IMG/VR virus record: IMGVR_UViG_3300036715_004471
Location: 372,001 to 436,000 of that record
Length of the DNA: 64,000 bases
Strand: one strand, 5' to 3'
The stretch's first letter is position 1. Every line of letters begins with the position of its first letter. A program made the translations under genes and the position numbers. Positions 31,590 to 41,812 of this stretch are shown in pieces. The notes beneath the pieces are model-generated. The model was given only the letters and a program-made list of their open reading frames with translations, made no database searches and was not told where the DNA came from.

Positions 31590-31883
31590 TTACCAAAACG
31601 CTATTACTTTCTTATAACGAGAACAAATCTCATCTATTTCTTGATTGAGTTCCTGTAACGTTTCATCTGACATAGATGAGTCGCAGTCAGCGAGTCGAAT
31701 AACGTAGCAATTTAATGGTTTCTCACAAACCATTGATAATGATCTTAGTGATGGTCTAACATAATATAAGCTACTACTGTTAGCATACCAATTGATAAAT
31801 GTTGATTTCCGCATTATGGGGGATTCATTATATCGCACTAATATCTCATAGATTTCAGAAAATATCGTAGACAAAACAGACAT
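31590..31883 (-). CDS. hypothetical protein, ends VIAFW
   Basis: Shared C-terminal motif. Confidence 0.5.
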   Translation of the reverse strand: MSVLSTIFSEIYEILVRYNESPIMRKSTFINWYANSSSLYYVRPSLRSLSMVCEKPLNCYVIRLADCDSSMSDETLQELNQEIDEICSRYKKVIAFW

Positions 31884-31950
31884 ATCACCTTACTGATACC
31901 TAAGTACCATAGCACTTGGTTAAGGGTTAATTAAAGGTGAGAAGTCTAGA

Positions 31951-32517
31951 TCAACCGTCTAATTCTTCATAGATCAGATTAAATCCAAACTCCTCATACA
32001 AAACATCAAGGCTTTCTTTTACTTCTGGAAATCTAGCCGAAAGATTCGTGACAGCATTTTTACCATCATGAACTTCATAGAAAATATCTTGAAGAATGTT
32101 TCTTCCACAAATTTTTTCCAATCTATCTAATTCAGAAATAAGAAATTCCAAATCTACCGATTCAGATTCTTCCACCGAAGAATCTTCTTTGATTACAATT
32201 GCCGCCGGTACTACCGGAACAACAGGTTTGGAGACAGAATATTGGTTTGATTGTGATGCCGCATAATGGAATAAAACATGATATCCACCAATCATTTGTG
32301 GAACACTTCCAATGAAATTGATGTCAAATTCATAGACATAAACCACAAGTCTATTGTATCGATCAAACTCAACGTCACAGAACCAATCATATTGATCAAG
32401 TGTCGACACAAATTGTTGTAGCTCTTCGTTGAGCGAATTCATAATCCTTTTTCCTTCCAAACGAAATAAATATACCCTTTTGATCGGGCAAGGTCCTGCG
32501 CTTCTGACAAAAGACAA
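31951..32517 (-). CDS. hypothetical acidic protein (true start probably near 32442)
   Basis: AAGGA before internal ATG. Confidence 0.5.
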   Translation of the reverse strand: MSFVRSAGPCPIKRVYLFRLEGKRIMNSLNEELQQFVSTLDQYDWFCDVEFDRYNRLVVYVYEFDINFIGSVPQMIGGYHVLFHYAASQSNQYSVSKPVVPVVPAAIVIKEDSSVEESESVDLEFLISELDRLEKICGRNILQDIFYEVHDGKNAVTNLSARFPEVKESLDVLYEEFGFNLIYEELDG

Positions 32518-32538
32518 GTCAAGGGATTTTTAATCTGA

Positions 32539-32865
32539 TCAGGGCAGATTATTCTCAAATCTAGCGATGGGTGTCCCGATAAGCCTTTTGAACTTATAAG
32601 CTTCATAAGATGATTCTTCAACATCGCAACACAAACAAATTCTATGTTCGGGATGTTCATCTTCATAATCATATGAATGAGAACCATCATACGCAGAACG
32701 TAAAACAACAATAGAATTCTCATGATCACATGATGATTTCAATCTTCCCAAAAGCAATGACGCCTCTTTTCTCAAAGAAGCGTCGGTTGACTTAGAATCT
32801 GTTTCATTAGCTAGTTTAATACATGCCCTGTAATCATTACGGAGCTGTAGAATGATTTCATTCAT
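32539..32865 (-). CDS. hypothetical protein
   Basis: 108-aa ORF. Confidence 0.5.
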   Translation of the reverse strand: MNEIILQLRNDYRACIKLANETDSKSTDASLRKEASLLLGRLKSSCDHENSIVVLRSAYDGSHSYDYEDEHPEHRICLCCDVEESSYEAYKFKRLIGTPIARFENNLP

Positions 32866-32898
32866 AATATGTAACTTTCAATGAAGAATAAAAGAATT

Positions 32899-32972
32899 TG
32901 GCAGGGGCAGAAGGAATTGAACCTTCATTAGCCGTTTTGGAGGCGGCAGTCCTACCGTTGAACGATACCCCT
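32899..32972 (-). tRNA. tRNA-Trp(CCA)
   Basis: GCCGC-CTCCAAA-ACGGC; A1-U72, G73, CCA. Confidence 0.92.
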
Positions 32973-32976
32973 ATAA

Positions 32977-33068
32977 TTGTAAAATAAAGAGGACTCGAAC
33001 CCCATATCCTATCGGATGCCCGAACCTCATCGGTTCGTGATAGCGCCCGCTATCTTCATATTTTACAA
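32977..33068 (-). ncRNA. tRNA-like cloverleaf without a normal anticodon loop
   Basis: 10-bp terminal stem, GATAGC/GCTATC arm, CGAACC-GATGA-GGTTCG, ATCC/GGAT arm, GGTTCGAGTCC T-arm. Confidence 0.65.
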
Positions 33069-33158
33069 TGGCGGAAAGTACAGGATTCGAACCTGTGGAG
33101 GTTGTTACACCTCAATTGTTTAGCAAACAATCACCATAGACCACTCGGACAACTTTCC
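33069..33158 (-). tRNA. tRNA-Ser(GCT)
   Basis: ATTGT-TTGCTAA-ACAAT; long variable arm; GCCA. Confidence 0.93.
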
Positions 33159-33177
33159 ATGATCTGATACCTATATA

Positions 33178-33543
33178 TCAGATATTATTAATAGATAAAT
33201 GTTTCTTGTCTTTACAATGCTTATACCAAACATCATAATCATTACCGAACACTTCTTGTGCTCTTTTAACCATATCTGCCAGAATTACTTGTTCTTCCTC
33301 AACAACTACCCAGGGACTTTTATGTTCATTAAGAACATACTCTTCTTGTTCTACGATAGCGTTAAATACTCCCCAAGCCGAGAATTGCTGATAATCCATG
33401 CCAGCTATCTTGCCGCCAACACTTGGTTCATCTAACTGGACTTCTTCAAGTGCATTAGCAAAATCTTCAAGAGCATAAGCTCGATTCTCTAAGTAAGTCT
33501 GTCTAACGTCTTCTAATTCTTTCTTTTTTTCTTTCTTCTTCAT
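33178..33543 (-). CDS. hypothetical protein
   Basis: 121-aa ORF. Confidence 0.5.
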   Translation of the reverse strand: MKKKEKKKELEDVRQTYLENRAYALEDFANALEEVQLDEPSVGGKIAGMDYQQFSAWGVFNAIVEQEEYVLNEHKSPWVVVEEEQVILADMVKRAQEVFGNDYDVWYKHCKDKKHLSINNI

Positions 33544-34488
33544 GACTCTTTTATATCAAAGAGCGAAGCAAGCTCTAAATCTAAAGAATGAAGCATTTCA
33601 AAATTCTCTACTTGCTCTTTATATTCTTCTGGAATTTCATCCAAACCATAAAGAGTTCCCGCCATACCACCAGCAATAGCAGCGGTAGTATCAGTGTCGC
33701 CACCTGCTTTGACCGCCATCACAACAGTATCCCTAAAATTATCATTCACCAACAAACAATAGAAGGCGGCGCCAACAGTTTCAGGAACATATCCCTGTGA
33801 ACCAATGTCGGCTAAAGCAACATCAACATCTGTTCCAGATTCTAAATGTTCTAACACTAAAGACAATTTCTTATTGACAATTGTGTCTCCAGTTACTGCA
33901 ATGACTGATTTTAATACAACCAATGGATCAATACCAGATGCTAATCTGTGCAGTTCCTAATGCTATTGCAATTGATCCGTTGATGGGTTCAGAAGAATTG
34001 TGAGTGATAATGGCATCTTCCGAAGCATGTTTCATACATGTTAAGAAATCATTTCTATAAGCGAGACCCAATGGAGTGGCACGCATTGCGGTTCCGTTTC
34101 CACCAATATTATCACCTACAACACCACTCTTATCCCAAGACAAACCGTGTTGCAAGTTAACCATAGCACGAGCTGTAGTTCCACCGATACCACGAGTATT
34201 TTTTGATTCATACCAGGCTAAATACTCCCTAGCCACATCAGCAGGGTTAAAACCTTTACAACGTACAAGGCTTCTAGCCAGCCCAAGACTCATTAGAGTA
34301 TCATCAGTGTATTGACCTGGCTGACCCCACCAAAAAGTTCCACCCTCTTTAAATTTACCATCCCACTCACGCAATGGTTGATAAGAAGATAGCTTTGTTT
34401 CAAAAGGATTGCCCAATGCATCACCAATAGCGCATCCGACTAATGTTGCAAATTTACTCATAAAATTTATTAAACCTAATGGGGGCAA
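33540..34488 (-). pseudogene. second ADP-ribosylglycohydrolase, split by one extra base near 33947
   Basis: N-half AIGDALG/TDDT/GNGTAMR and C-half GGDTDT; removing 1 nt restores ...ALGTAxLASGIDPLVVLKSV. Confidence 0.8.
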
Positions 34489-34519
34489 AGTATCATATCA
34501 TTAATACTTTGCCCTAATT

Positions 34520-35077
34520 TCAAAAGAAAGTGACCTGATAGCCAACATGGACAGTAGTAATTGGTCCCTTCCACAAGGAAGTTGCCATATAAGCTACATG
34601 ACCCTCTGCAATTATACCATGGCGTTCTGTTATATATCCATTAATATTTAACACCCCGCCAGGCGTCCACCCACCAAGTTTGGCGCACTGATCATCATTA
34701 GAACATACTGTCATAAAATATGTTCCAATTGCAGGACCAGCTTCAATTCCAAAATGTTTAGATGGAAGCCAACCTAGTTCTAGCGCATGCATATCATAAA
34801 TTCCAATACCTTTTAAGGATCGGAATGTAGATAGATAAGCAGAATTGCGATATACAAATGTCCAGCCAGTTGTTTCTTGACCGCCCCTATATCCAACAAC
34901 GCCACCACCTAGAAATGCAAATCCTCCAGATGGATGTTTATCTCCAACTACTAACATACCAAAACCAACTTGGGCGCCCAATCTAAATGGACCTGTACCA
35001 GTATCATCAGCATATGCTGATTGAGATGATAATAGTACAGCTATCAACATTGCCATTACAGCAAATATTTTTTTCAC
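34520..35077 (-). CDS. secreted outer-membrane beta-barrel-like protein
   Basis: Signal peptide ending AYA; amphipathic strands; terminal VGYQVTFF. Confidence 0.55.
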   Translation of the reverse strand: MKKIFAVMAMLIAVLLSSQSAYADDTGTGPFRLGAQVGFGMLVVGDKHPSGGFAFLGGGVVGYRGGQETTGWTFVYRNSAYLSTFRSLKGIGIYDMHALELGWLPSKHFGIEAGPAIGTYFMTVCSNDDQCAKLGGWTPGGVLNINGYITERHGIIAEGHVAYMATSLWKGPITTVHVGYQVTFF

Positions 35078-35664
35078 TTACCATTTCCTCCAGGCTGAGC
35101 ACCACTACCAGGTACGGGACCAGGATCTACAGTACCAGGATCACCAGGAGCTGGCAAATCATTTCCACCATTAAACCCTTCCATTGAACAAGTAAGTGGC
35201 GGTTTATTGGCAAATGTTTCTTCGCAATGAACATTATCTACTGTAATTTTATCTGCTGGAGACGTGTTCCATCCATTCTTGATCAAGAATAAATCAATAT
35301 TATCCCTGCTACTCAAAAAGCCATTTTTAAAAAATATTTTGGCTAAATCCATAGCTAAAGCTCGCCAAGCTCCAAATGTTTTAGCAAACATCCCTTGATA
35401 CAAAGCTTTTGTAGTAATATCTATTCCTGATTGCTTAATAAAACCTTCAAAAAATTTCCCTGCACCATTAGTTACCGCGACACGCGCCGTGCAATCAAAA
35501 CTAAATTGCTTATCATTTGGCGCCTGGTTTCCAACCCATTCGGAATCAGGACTAATTTGAACATCCTCTACTGCCGGGAATTTATTACAATCCGGCGCAG
35601 AGCAATTTAAACTCATAATACTACACATCAAAGCAGCAATAAATACTTTTGCATTTTTAATCAT
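35074..35664 (-). CDS. putative lipoprotein with Pro/Gly tail
   Basis: Hydrophobic leader followed by Cys; PG repeats. Confidence 0.5.
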   Translation of the reverse strand: MIKNAKVFIAALMCSIMSLNCSAPDCNKFPAVEDVQISPDSEWVGNQAPNDKQFSFDCTARVAVTNGAGKFFEGFIKQSGIDITTKALYQGMFAKTFGAWRALAMDLAKIFFKNGFLSSRDNIDLFLIKNGWNTSPADKITVDNVHCEETFANKPPLTCSMEGFNGGNDLPAPGDPGTVDPGPVPGSGAQPGGNGK

Positions 35665-35955
35665 CTTTATGACTTTCTTGTTTTAATAATAATCACCTAT
35701 TAAGTGATTGTTTGTAATCGTAAATATAAATTGGAGGAAGCAGTCTTACTAATAAATTACTCTTCATCATGAATTGAAAAATCACAATCTTTTAAATTAA
35801 GTTTAGGTAATTCTTTTGCAATTTCTCTTTTTACAATTTTAATAGCATTATTTTTGTCAACGCACAAAACATGGTGTGTAGAAGTTTCAGTACCTGCACT
35901 GGCGATCCAATAATCGTTCTCTAACGCGTCCATATCAATTATTTCTTTTTTTACT

Positions 35956-36414
35956 TTAATTTTTATCATAATGTTCTTCCGCATGACAATTAGGGCAAAT
36001 CAATTGCAAATTATCTAATTCATCTGAACCTCCATCACATTGTCTTATTATGTGATGAACTTCCAATATTTTCGTATTAGGATATTTACATTTTTCACAA
36101 CTAGAACCTTTTAAATCAATTAATCTTATTTTAAGAGCTTTTCTAGTTTTTACTTTATCTTTACTGGGTCTGCCAGTTTTATATTTAGAGCCTATCCTTA
36201 ATTTATTAGAACACTCTCTATTACAGGTATTTTTATTCAAACCTGATTTCAAATCAGCGCCGCAATTCAAACATTGAATTAAAATAGTACAAGATTTACC
36301 ATAACATTCCTGGCTACAATAAACATGACCCTTTTCAATTTCAGAAGGTCTTTTATAAATATATTTATTACAAATCTTGCAATTAAAATTTGGTTTTCTT
36401 TTGTATGTTTCCAT
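35956..36414 (-). CDS. HNH endonuclease with zinc-finger repeats
   Basis: LEVHHI...GGSD...NL.LICPNCH; close paralog of 36628..37101. Confidence 0.88.
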   Translation of the reverse strand: METYKRKPNFNCKICNKYIYKRPSEIEKGHVYCSQECYGKSCTILIQCLNCGADLKSGLNKNTCNRECSNKLRIGSKYKTGRPSKDKVKTRKALKIRLIDLKGSSCEKCKYPNTKILEVHHIIRQCDGGSDELDNLQLICPNCHAEEHYDKN

Positions 36415-36452
36415 GTCTAATTATATATCAGACACTCGTGCAGTTAACCAGT

Positions 36453-36540
36453 TGGCGGAAGCCAGAATATTCGAAATCCATACCGATCAAGGTACCATCA
36501 GTTTTCAAGGCTGCGTTCGCTCCTCGCGAATTTAACTTCC
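36453..36540 (-). tRNA. tRNA-Ser(TGA), atypical long D-stem
   Basis: Loop CTTGAAA; TTCGC/GCGAA D-stem; long variable arm; GCCA. Confidence 0.75.
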
Positions 36541-36549
36541 ATTAATAAT

Positions 36550-36641
36550 TGGAGGAATGAGAGGGATTCGAACCCTCGGAACCCTTACGAGTCCACAACC
36601 TTTCCAGGGTTGCCGTTTCAGCCAAACTCACGCACCATTCC
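36550..36641 (-). tRNA. tRNA-Ser(GGA)
   Basis: CAACC-CTGGAAA-GGTTG; long variable arm; CCA. Confidence 0.9.
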
Positions 36642-37101
36642 CTAATCTTCTTAAATAATGTTCTTCTGCATGACAATTAGGACATATCAATTCCAAATTA
36701 TCTATATCATCAGAACCACCTTTTGATTTTTCTATTTTGTGATGAATTTCCAAAATTTCTAGTTTTGAATAATTACATCTCTCACATTTATATCCTCGTA
36801 AATCAACTATTCTTTTTCTTAATTCACTAAGACTTTTTACTTTATCTTTTATTGGTCTTCCAGTTTTATATGTTGACCCAATTTTTTGTTTATTCGCACA
36901 AGCCCTACTACATGTTTTCTTATGTAAACCAGATTTAATTTGGTTATCACACATAGTGCATTTGTGTAATTTTTGCTGTGCTTTTCCCTTGCAATCATGA
37001 GAGCAATATACAGGACCTTTTGCTATTTGAAATGGTCTTCTATAAATTTCCATAAAACAAACACTGCATGTACAATTTGGTTGACGTTGATATTTTTCCA
37101 T
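36628..37101 (-). CDS. HNH endonuclease with zinc-finger repeats
   Basis: LEIHHK...NLELICPNCH; stop codon lies inside tRNA-Ser. Confidence 0.88.
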   Translation of the reverse strand: MEKYQRQPNCTCSVCFMEIYRRPFQIAKGPVYCSHDCKGKAQQKLHKCTMCDNQIKSGLHKKTCSRACANKQKIGSTYKTGRPIKDKVKSLSELRKRIVDLRGYKCERCNYSKLEILEIHHKIEKSKGGSDDIDNLELICPNCHAEEHYLRRLGNGA

Positions 37102-37141
37102 ATCAAACTATATATCAACCACTCATGCATTAAACCATTTT

Positions 37142-37218
37142 TGGAGTCGTCGGTTCGATTCGAACAAACGAATACGAGTTTTGCAGACTCGCCCCTTAAG
37201 CCTCTTGGGTACAACGAC
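37142..37218 (-). tRNA. tRNA-Cys(GCA)
   Basis: CGAGT-CTGCAAA-ACTCG; U73, CCA. Confidence 0.92.
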
Positions 37219-37242
37219 ATGTGCTTCTATATATCAGATTAT

Positions 37243-37512
37243 TCACAAGAATGATTTCAGATTTATCATTCTTAACATACCGGACTCTTTGAGATTTTTT
37301 CCGTGAAGTCGGTAAGTTACACTACCATCACGATATTCGTAAGCAATAACATTATCTACTGGCGGATATCCACTACCATCATGTTCTCCATGAAAATAGA
37401 TAACAATATTCCCACCTTGACTATGAAGTGTTCTACTTTTTATTTCTTTACCATTAGTGGTACAAAAATTCAAAATATCTTTATGAAGAGGATAATTATC
37501 TTGAGTGTTCAT
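37243..37512 (-). CDS. hypothetical protein, ends LKSFL
   Basis: Shared C-terminal motif. Confidence 0.55.
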   Translation of the reverse strand: MNTQDNYPLHKDILNFCTTNGKEIKSRTLHSQGGNIVIYFHGEHDGSGYPPVDNVIAYEYRDGSVTYRLHGKNLKESGMLRMINLKSFL

Positions 37513-38068
37513 GTAATTTTTTATTGGCTAAGTTGAAATTATTAAATCTTTTATCAGAAGTTACCTCTTCCACAATTTTAAGGTACGGAGGCAACTCTAC
37601 TTTTTGATTCTTATCTTCTAATTCAATTTCAAGAATAGCAAGTCCTTTTAAAGCACTTTTGAAAACATCTAGCTCAAAAACCTGCTCATTATATTTGAAA
37701 ACAAATCTGGTTTTATCTATGGTGACTTTATCTGGATGAGATTTTTGCAAATACTTCTCGTATTGCTTTTCAGAAATCTCATGTTCTTTTTCTTCGTTGA
37801 CACCATCTTCAACAAAGACTTTCTTATTAAAATGATAAACCGTCTCTTTATCACCCGTCAAACCTTCGACGGTTTTACGAACTCTAGCAGAAGGCTCTTT
37901 ACCTTCCGGTTTGAGATAAGTCTGACTGATTCTTTTTACATCAACCAACTCATCAAACATTTCTGCTAACTCGGACCAGTAAGATGGAAAGTTAACCAAA
38001 AATTTTCTTTCTATTTCTAATTGTTTTGCCATTTTTCCCTTTTGAAATGAGCAAGATGCTCTCTTCAA
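37496..38068 (-). CDS. CYTH (triphosphate tunnel) domain protein
   Basis: EIERKFL, QTYL, RVRK, KTR, FELDVF, LEIEL, EVT. Confidence 0.9.
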   Translation of the reverse strand: MKRASCSFQKGKMAKQLEIERKFLVNFPSYWSELAEMFDELVDVKRISQTYLKPEGKEPSARVRKTVEGLTGDKETVYHFNKKVFVEDGVNEEKEHEISEKQYEKYLQKSHPDKVTIDKTRFVFKYNEQVFELDVFKSALKGLAILEIELEDKNQKVELPPYLKIVEEVTSDKRFNNFNLANKKLHEHSR

Positions 38069-38096
38069 AAGGACCGAACAAACGGTCCGAAAACAC

Positions 38097-38492
38097 TCAG
38101 TCTTCTGAATCCTCAGTAGGTTCGACTAGAGCAATCGATGGGTCGCGGGCGACCGATACTGTTTTGGAAGTTGTGGACTTAGCTAATTTAGCTGGCTTTG
38201 CTGTCTTCACCCCCTTTATAACGCCACCGTTCTTACCACGGGTTACATAAGCAATATCGCTGTTGTGTACGAAGTGATTTACAAAACCTAGCACGTGCTT
38301 TGGCTCCATAGCTACAGCAAGTCCTACAGTTTGTGCCAACTCCTTCAACTGAAGTCTTTCGCCATCATTCATCGAATCAACAGTTGCATGCGTTGCTTCA
38401 AAAATTCTTTCTACGGTTTCCAACATATTAGAGATACTTTTATTCTTACTCATTCTTATTCTCCAAAATTGCGGCACCCAAATCGGCGCCAT
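38097..38492 (-). CDS. hypothetical, possibly DNA-binding protein
   Basis: Wing-like RGKNGG motif and Lys-rich tail; sigma70-like promoter upstream. Confidence 0.45.
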   Translation of the reverse strand: MAPIWVPQFWRIRMSKNKSISNMLETVERIFEATHATVDSMNDGERLQLKELAQTVGLAVAMEPKHVLGFVNHFVHNSDIAYVTRGKNGGVIKGVKTAKPAKLAKSTTSKTVSVARDPSIALVEPTEDSED

Positions 38493-38504
38493 TTGATAAA
38501 TGGA

Positions 38505-38532
38505 ATATTAACCACCCCGCGACAAGCGTCAA
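38505..38532 (-). promoter_or_regulatory. sigma70-like promoter
   Basis: TTGACG-N16-TAATAT. Confidence 0.5.
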
Positions 38533-38599
38533 GCCTCCCCAAACATAAAAAATTAACAGACACAAAATCGCTTGGATAAGTGCCAGCGAGTTAAAAACT

Positions 38600-38956
38600 C
38601 TAAGCTTTACCTTTATGATTAGTGGGGGTAAATTTTGTAATTGATTCAAACTTAATTGCTGGCGTAGTAGAAAGATGATTTCCTAATTGACAAGATTTGC
38701 CTTTATGTAAACCTGAATTGTTTTGCCAGAAACGCAAATATTGTTCACGATCTTGAGTAGACTCAAACTTTAAAATAGTTGCCTGAGCCTGCTTACCGTC
38801 AGCGGCTTGAACGCCGGCGTATTTTATAACATTCTCCCGAGAGCAAGAGGGGCACTCGTTGATTCGACCTCCTGCTGCGCGTTTGGCAGAAGAAGATAAG
38901 TCAAATTCATCCTCACAATGAACACAAAAAACAATATTCTTCACTCTTTTTTCCAT
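38600..38956 (-). CDS. Zn-ribbon hypothetical protein
   Basis: CVHC...CPSC. Confidence 0.55.
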   Translation of the reverse strand: MEKRVKNIVFCVHCEDEFDLSSSAKRAAGGRINECPSCSRENVIKYAGVQAADGKQAQATILKFESTQDREQYLRFWQNNSGLHKGKSCQLGNHLSTTPAIKFESITKFTPTNHKGKA

Positions 38957-39690
38957 TCACGATCTTCAATTAAAAGATCAAGCAATTGAGCCTCAAAAGA
39001 TTCTGGAAGCCCTATTCTTTCTTTTATCAAATCTTGTTGAGTAGGTAACACATTATTTGATCTGTAGAAAGCATCTTCATCTAAACCTTCTTTGAAAATA
39101 AAAAGAAGGATATCTTTTATTTTTTCAGTCAGCATATTTATAGATTCCTTTTAAGGATATCCAGCTCTTCTGGAGAAAGTTTTTTCTTTAACTCACTCAT
39201 CATCTTAATATCCTCAACAGATCTAAGAGCTTCTTTTTGTTTCTTCTTTTCTTTTTTCTCTTTTAATTGCAACTTACGCAATTTTTCTTTCTCATCAAAC
39301 TTTTGTTTGCCCTCTATAAGTTCATCTTCAAAATCTTCAAATAACCAACGAGATGGAAGAAGACCTTCATAAGACCATTCGGAACCATCTTTAAGCAAAT
39401 AACTATATTCTTATATACCGCCATTACATTCAGTAACTATAGAATATATAGTATCGCCACTTATATGATTTCTTAAATTTCCTACTTCTCCTTCGGCAGC
39501 ACCGTCAAAATACCAAGTACTTAACTTTGCTGACTCAAAATCAAAAATAAAATTTAAAATATAATGTATACGATCAGTAATTTGTCCTTCTAATTCATCT
39601 GCTTCGCCTCGTTTTTGTTCCCAACGACTTGGCAAATCATTAGCTATTGGATCTATTTTTTCAATTGTTTTTTTCATAATTTTTATAAAA

Positions 39691-40042
39691 TGGAAGAGTT
39701 ATTCTATAATCCGGGTTCTGTTATTTCAAACAATCATTAATCTTGGCGAATAGTCACCTATTCGCTCCAGCACCAACCCGTAAACATCGGGCGAGTAACC
39801 CTCAAACGTTTACTATTTGGCTTGCTTCAAATGGGGTTTGCCGTGCCATGTTTGTTACCAAACATGCGGTGGGCTCTTACTCCACCATTTCACCCTTACC
39901 GGAAGCCGAAGCTTCTTAGGCGGTATCTTTCTGTTGCACTTTCCGTCGTGTCACCACGCCCAGCCGTTAACTGGCATTCTACTCTACGAAGCCCAGAATT
40001 TCCTCAGTCTTGCGACCGCGATTGCTCAAACAACTCTTTCCA
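39691..40042 (-). ncRNA. rnpB: RNase P RNA, bacterial type A
   Basis: GAGGAAATTCTGGG, GGAAAGTGCAACAGAAA, GGTAAGGGTGAAA, GGCAAACCCC, ACAGAACCCGGATTA; P1 closes the ends. Confidence 0.93.
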
Positions 40043-40355
40043 AAGCTTTACGATAATGATGCGCTATTACATTTTTCAAATAAGAAAGAAATTTAGGAGG
40101 ATAAGGCATTAGATCAATTCTAGACAAAATGTTGTCTCTTACCAAAGATAACACGGGATTTTTAACTCTTCTATCAGAAATAACACTAATGCCTTTGAAT
40201 TGGCAAGTAGCCATGTTGATAAAAGATAATACTCTATGTTTTTCGTAAGCGGGGATTAGATCTTGATTCATCAAATCCGCCAATACTTCACAAGCTTTGG
40301 TTCCGCCAAATGTATGCGGCTCTACATAAATGTATGTAGACCAAGCCCTACTCAT
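40026..40355 (-). CDS. hypothetical protein
   Basis: Stop codon falls within the rnpB 5' end. Confidence 0.5.
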   Translation of the reverse strand: MSRAWSTYIYVEPHTFGGTKACEVLADLMNQDLIPAYEKHRVLSFINMATCQFKGISVISDRRVKNPVLSLVRDNILSRIDLMPYPPKFLSYLKNVIAHHYRKALERVV

Positions 40356-40358
40356 AAA

Positions 40359-41033
40359 TCAACCCTTCTTTTTGAAAGAAACATTCAATCCTACACTCAC
40401 CTTAGCAGCGCCAGGAGTAATGTCAATAGCATCATCTGCCGCCATTTCATCATCTTGAATCATGCGCGCAGCAGCCAACTTGGCGCCAGCTGGAGCAACA
40501 GGTCGTTTAGAATCGCTGTATGTTGCTTCCCAACTCTCAATCTCATAATCCGCCGCACTCAATCCCAACACATCGCATTCATCAGCAAATCTCTCTGTCA
40601 CTTTCTTCCAAGCATTCTTAAGCGCCTTTTTGTTAAGACGATCAGTGCTCTTCAATTGAAATGAAGGAGAGTGCAAAGTAACTTCATGCAGATTAGAAAG
40701 CGCTTCATAAATCTGATTGATTTTGTCCATAGACTCAACCTGAAATGATAAAGTATATGTTCCAGTAAATCCATCATTGATGCGGTTGTTATTGTTATCC
40801 CAATGATATTTGGGCTGAACATTCATATTAGTTCGCGTAGAATCTTTTACTAGTTTAACCTTCAAGTTATCAATAACAAATTTGAGAGTATCTTCTAGCT
40901 CATCAATCTTAGTCTTTAATCTTAGCTTGACTCCAGGTACAAGAGTATCCTCAGCCGTCAAAACCAATGAAAAGGTGGCAAGATCGTACTTGCCCTCTGT
41001 TTCACCCGTAGCTGACACAGTAGTTACAATCAT
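40359..41033 (-). CDS. SIMPL (DUF541) domain protein
   Basis: TVSATG....DLA...; PKY.W; A..NA...A; ITPG...V.V.F. Confidence 0.75.
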   Translation of the reverse strand: MIVTTVSATGETEGKYDLATFSLVLTAEDTLVPGVKLRLKTKIDELEDTLKFVIDNLKVKLVKDSTRTNMNVQPKYHWDNNNNRINDGFTGTYTLSFQVESMDKINQIYEALSNLHEVTLHSPSFQLKSTDRLNKKALKNAWKKVTERFADECDVLGLSAADYEIESWEATYSDSKRPVAPAGAKLAAARMIQDDEMAADDAIDITPGAAKVSVGLNVSFKKKG

Positions 41034-41061
41034 TTTATCTTCCTCAATTTAGAATAATTTT

Positions 41062-41622
41062 TTATTCCCAAATATCACACAAATAATCAATTAACTCATC
41101 TCCACTAAAAGGAAATGCAGTTGCTACTACATATTTTCTTTTGTAGTATTCGCTATCTATAGCCTGCTGACTATCTAGTTTATCTATTAGTTTCAGCTGT
41201 AACATACGACTATATTTGCCAGCACACCCTCTGGAACAGAATGGACCGGCTTTATTTTTCTTAGCTTTATCTCTAATCAGTCTAGGACTACGTTCAAATT
41301 CCTTATCACACCATGCACAATTGAATTTAACCAATTTTACACGACGAGTATCGTCTCCAGAATGCTGAGAGCGCTCAACTAATCTCAAATTATTGAGATC
41401 ATTGTTTTCAAAATTGCTATCAATATGATCAACAGTTTCTAGATTAGGATCTAATTTCCTTCCTAAATGAAGTTCCATAATCCATTTAGGATAGGAAACG
41501 GTCCTTCTCTTGCCCTTACGATCCACAACAATTACTATTTGTCTTGAATCTCTACGGCGATAAGGTCCAAAAACTTTGAATTTATCTGCATATTCCATAC
41601 CATTATATGGTTTTATATGCAT
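41062..41622 (-). CDS. HNH endonuclease
   Basis: LGRKL...ETVDHID....NN.LNNL; CxxC...FCSRGC. Confidence 0.82.
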   Translation of the reverse strand: MHIKPYNGMEYADKFKVFGPYRRRDSRQIVIVVDRKGKRRTVSYPKWIMELHLGRKLDPNLETVDHIDSNFENNDLNNLRLVERSQHSGDDTRRVKLVKFNCAWCDKEFERSPRLIRDKAKKNKAGPFCSRGCAGKYSRMLQLKLIDKLDSQQAIDSEYYKRKYVVATAFPFSGDELIDYLCDIWE

Positions 41623-41812
41623 TATGAAACGGAATAATTATCCGGTGATAAGCGAGACATTCTCCTTCAAACAAAGTCTTGGACCTGGTTCTCCATCAAT
41701 TTGAACTACAACCCTGCCATGCACAAATTCAATTACCGTTCCCGGACTAGAACCATTAGTAGAAATTGTGACTCTATCACCAATTTTAAATACATTGTTT
41801 TTCATATCAATC

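Noticed and set aside
36453-36540. tRNA-Sec
   Set aside because: Anticodon reads TGA (Ser), not TCA, and the acceptor stem is 7 bp
39817-40112. Plus-strand ORFs 39817 and 39822
   Set aside because: Antisense to the RNase P RNA
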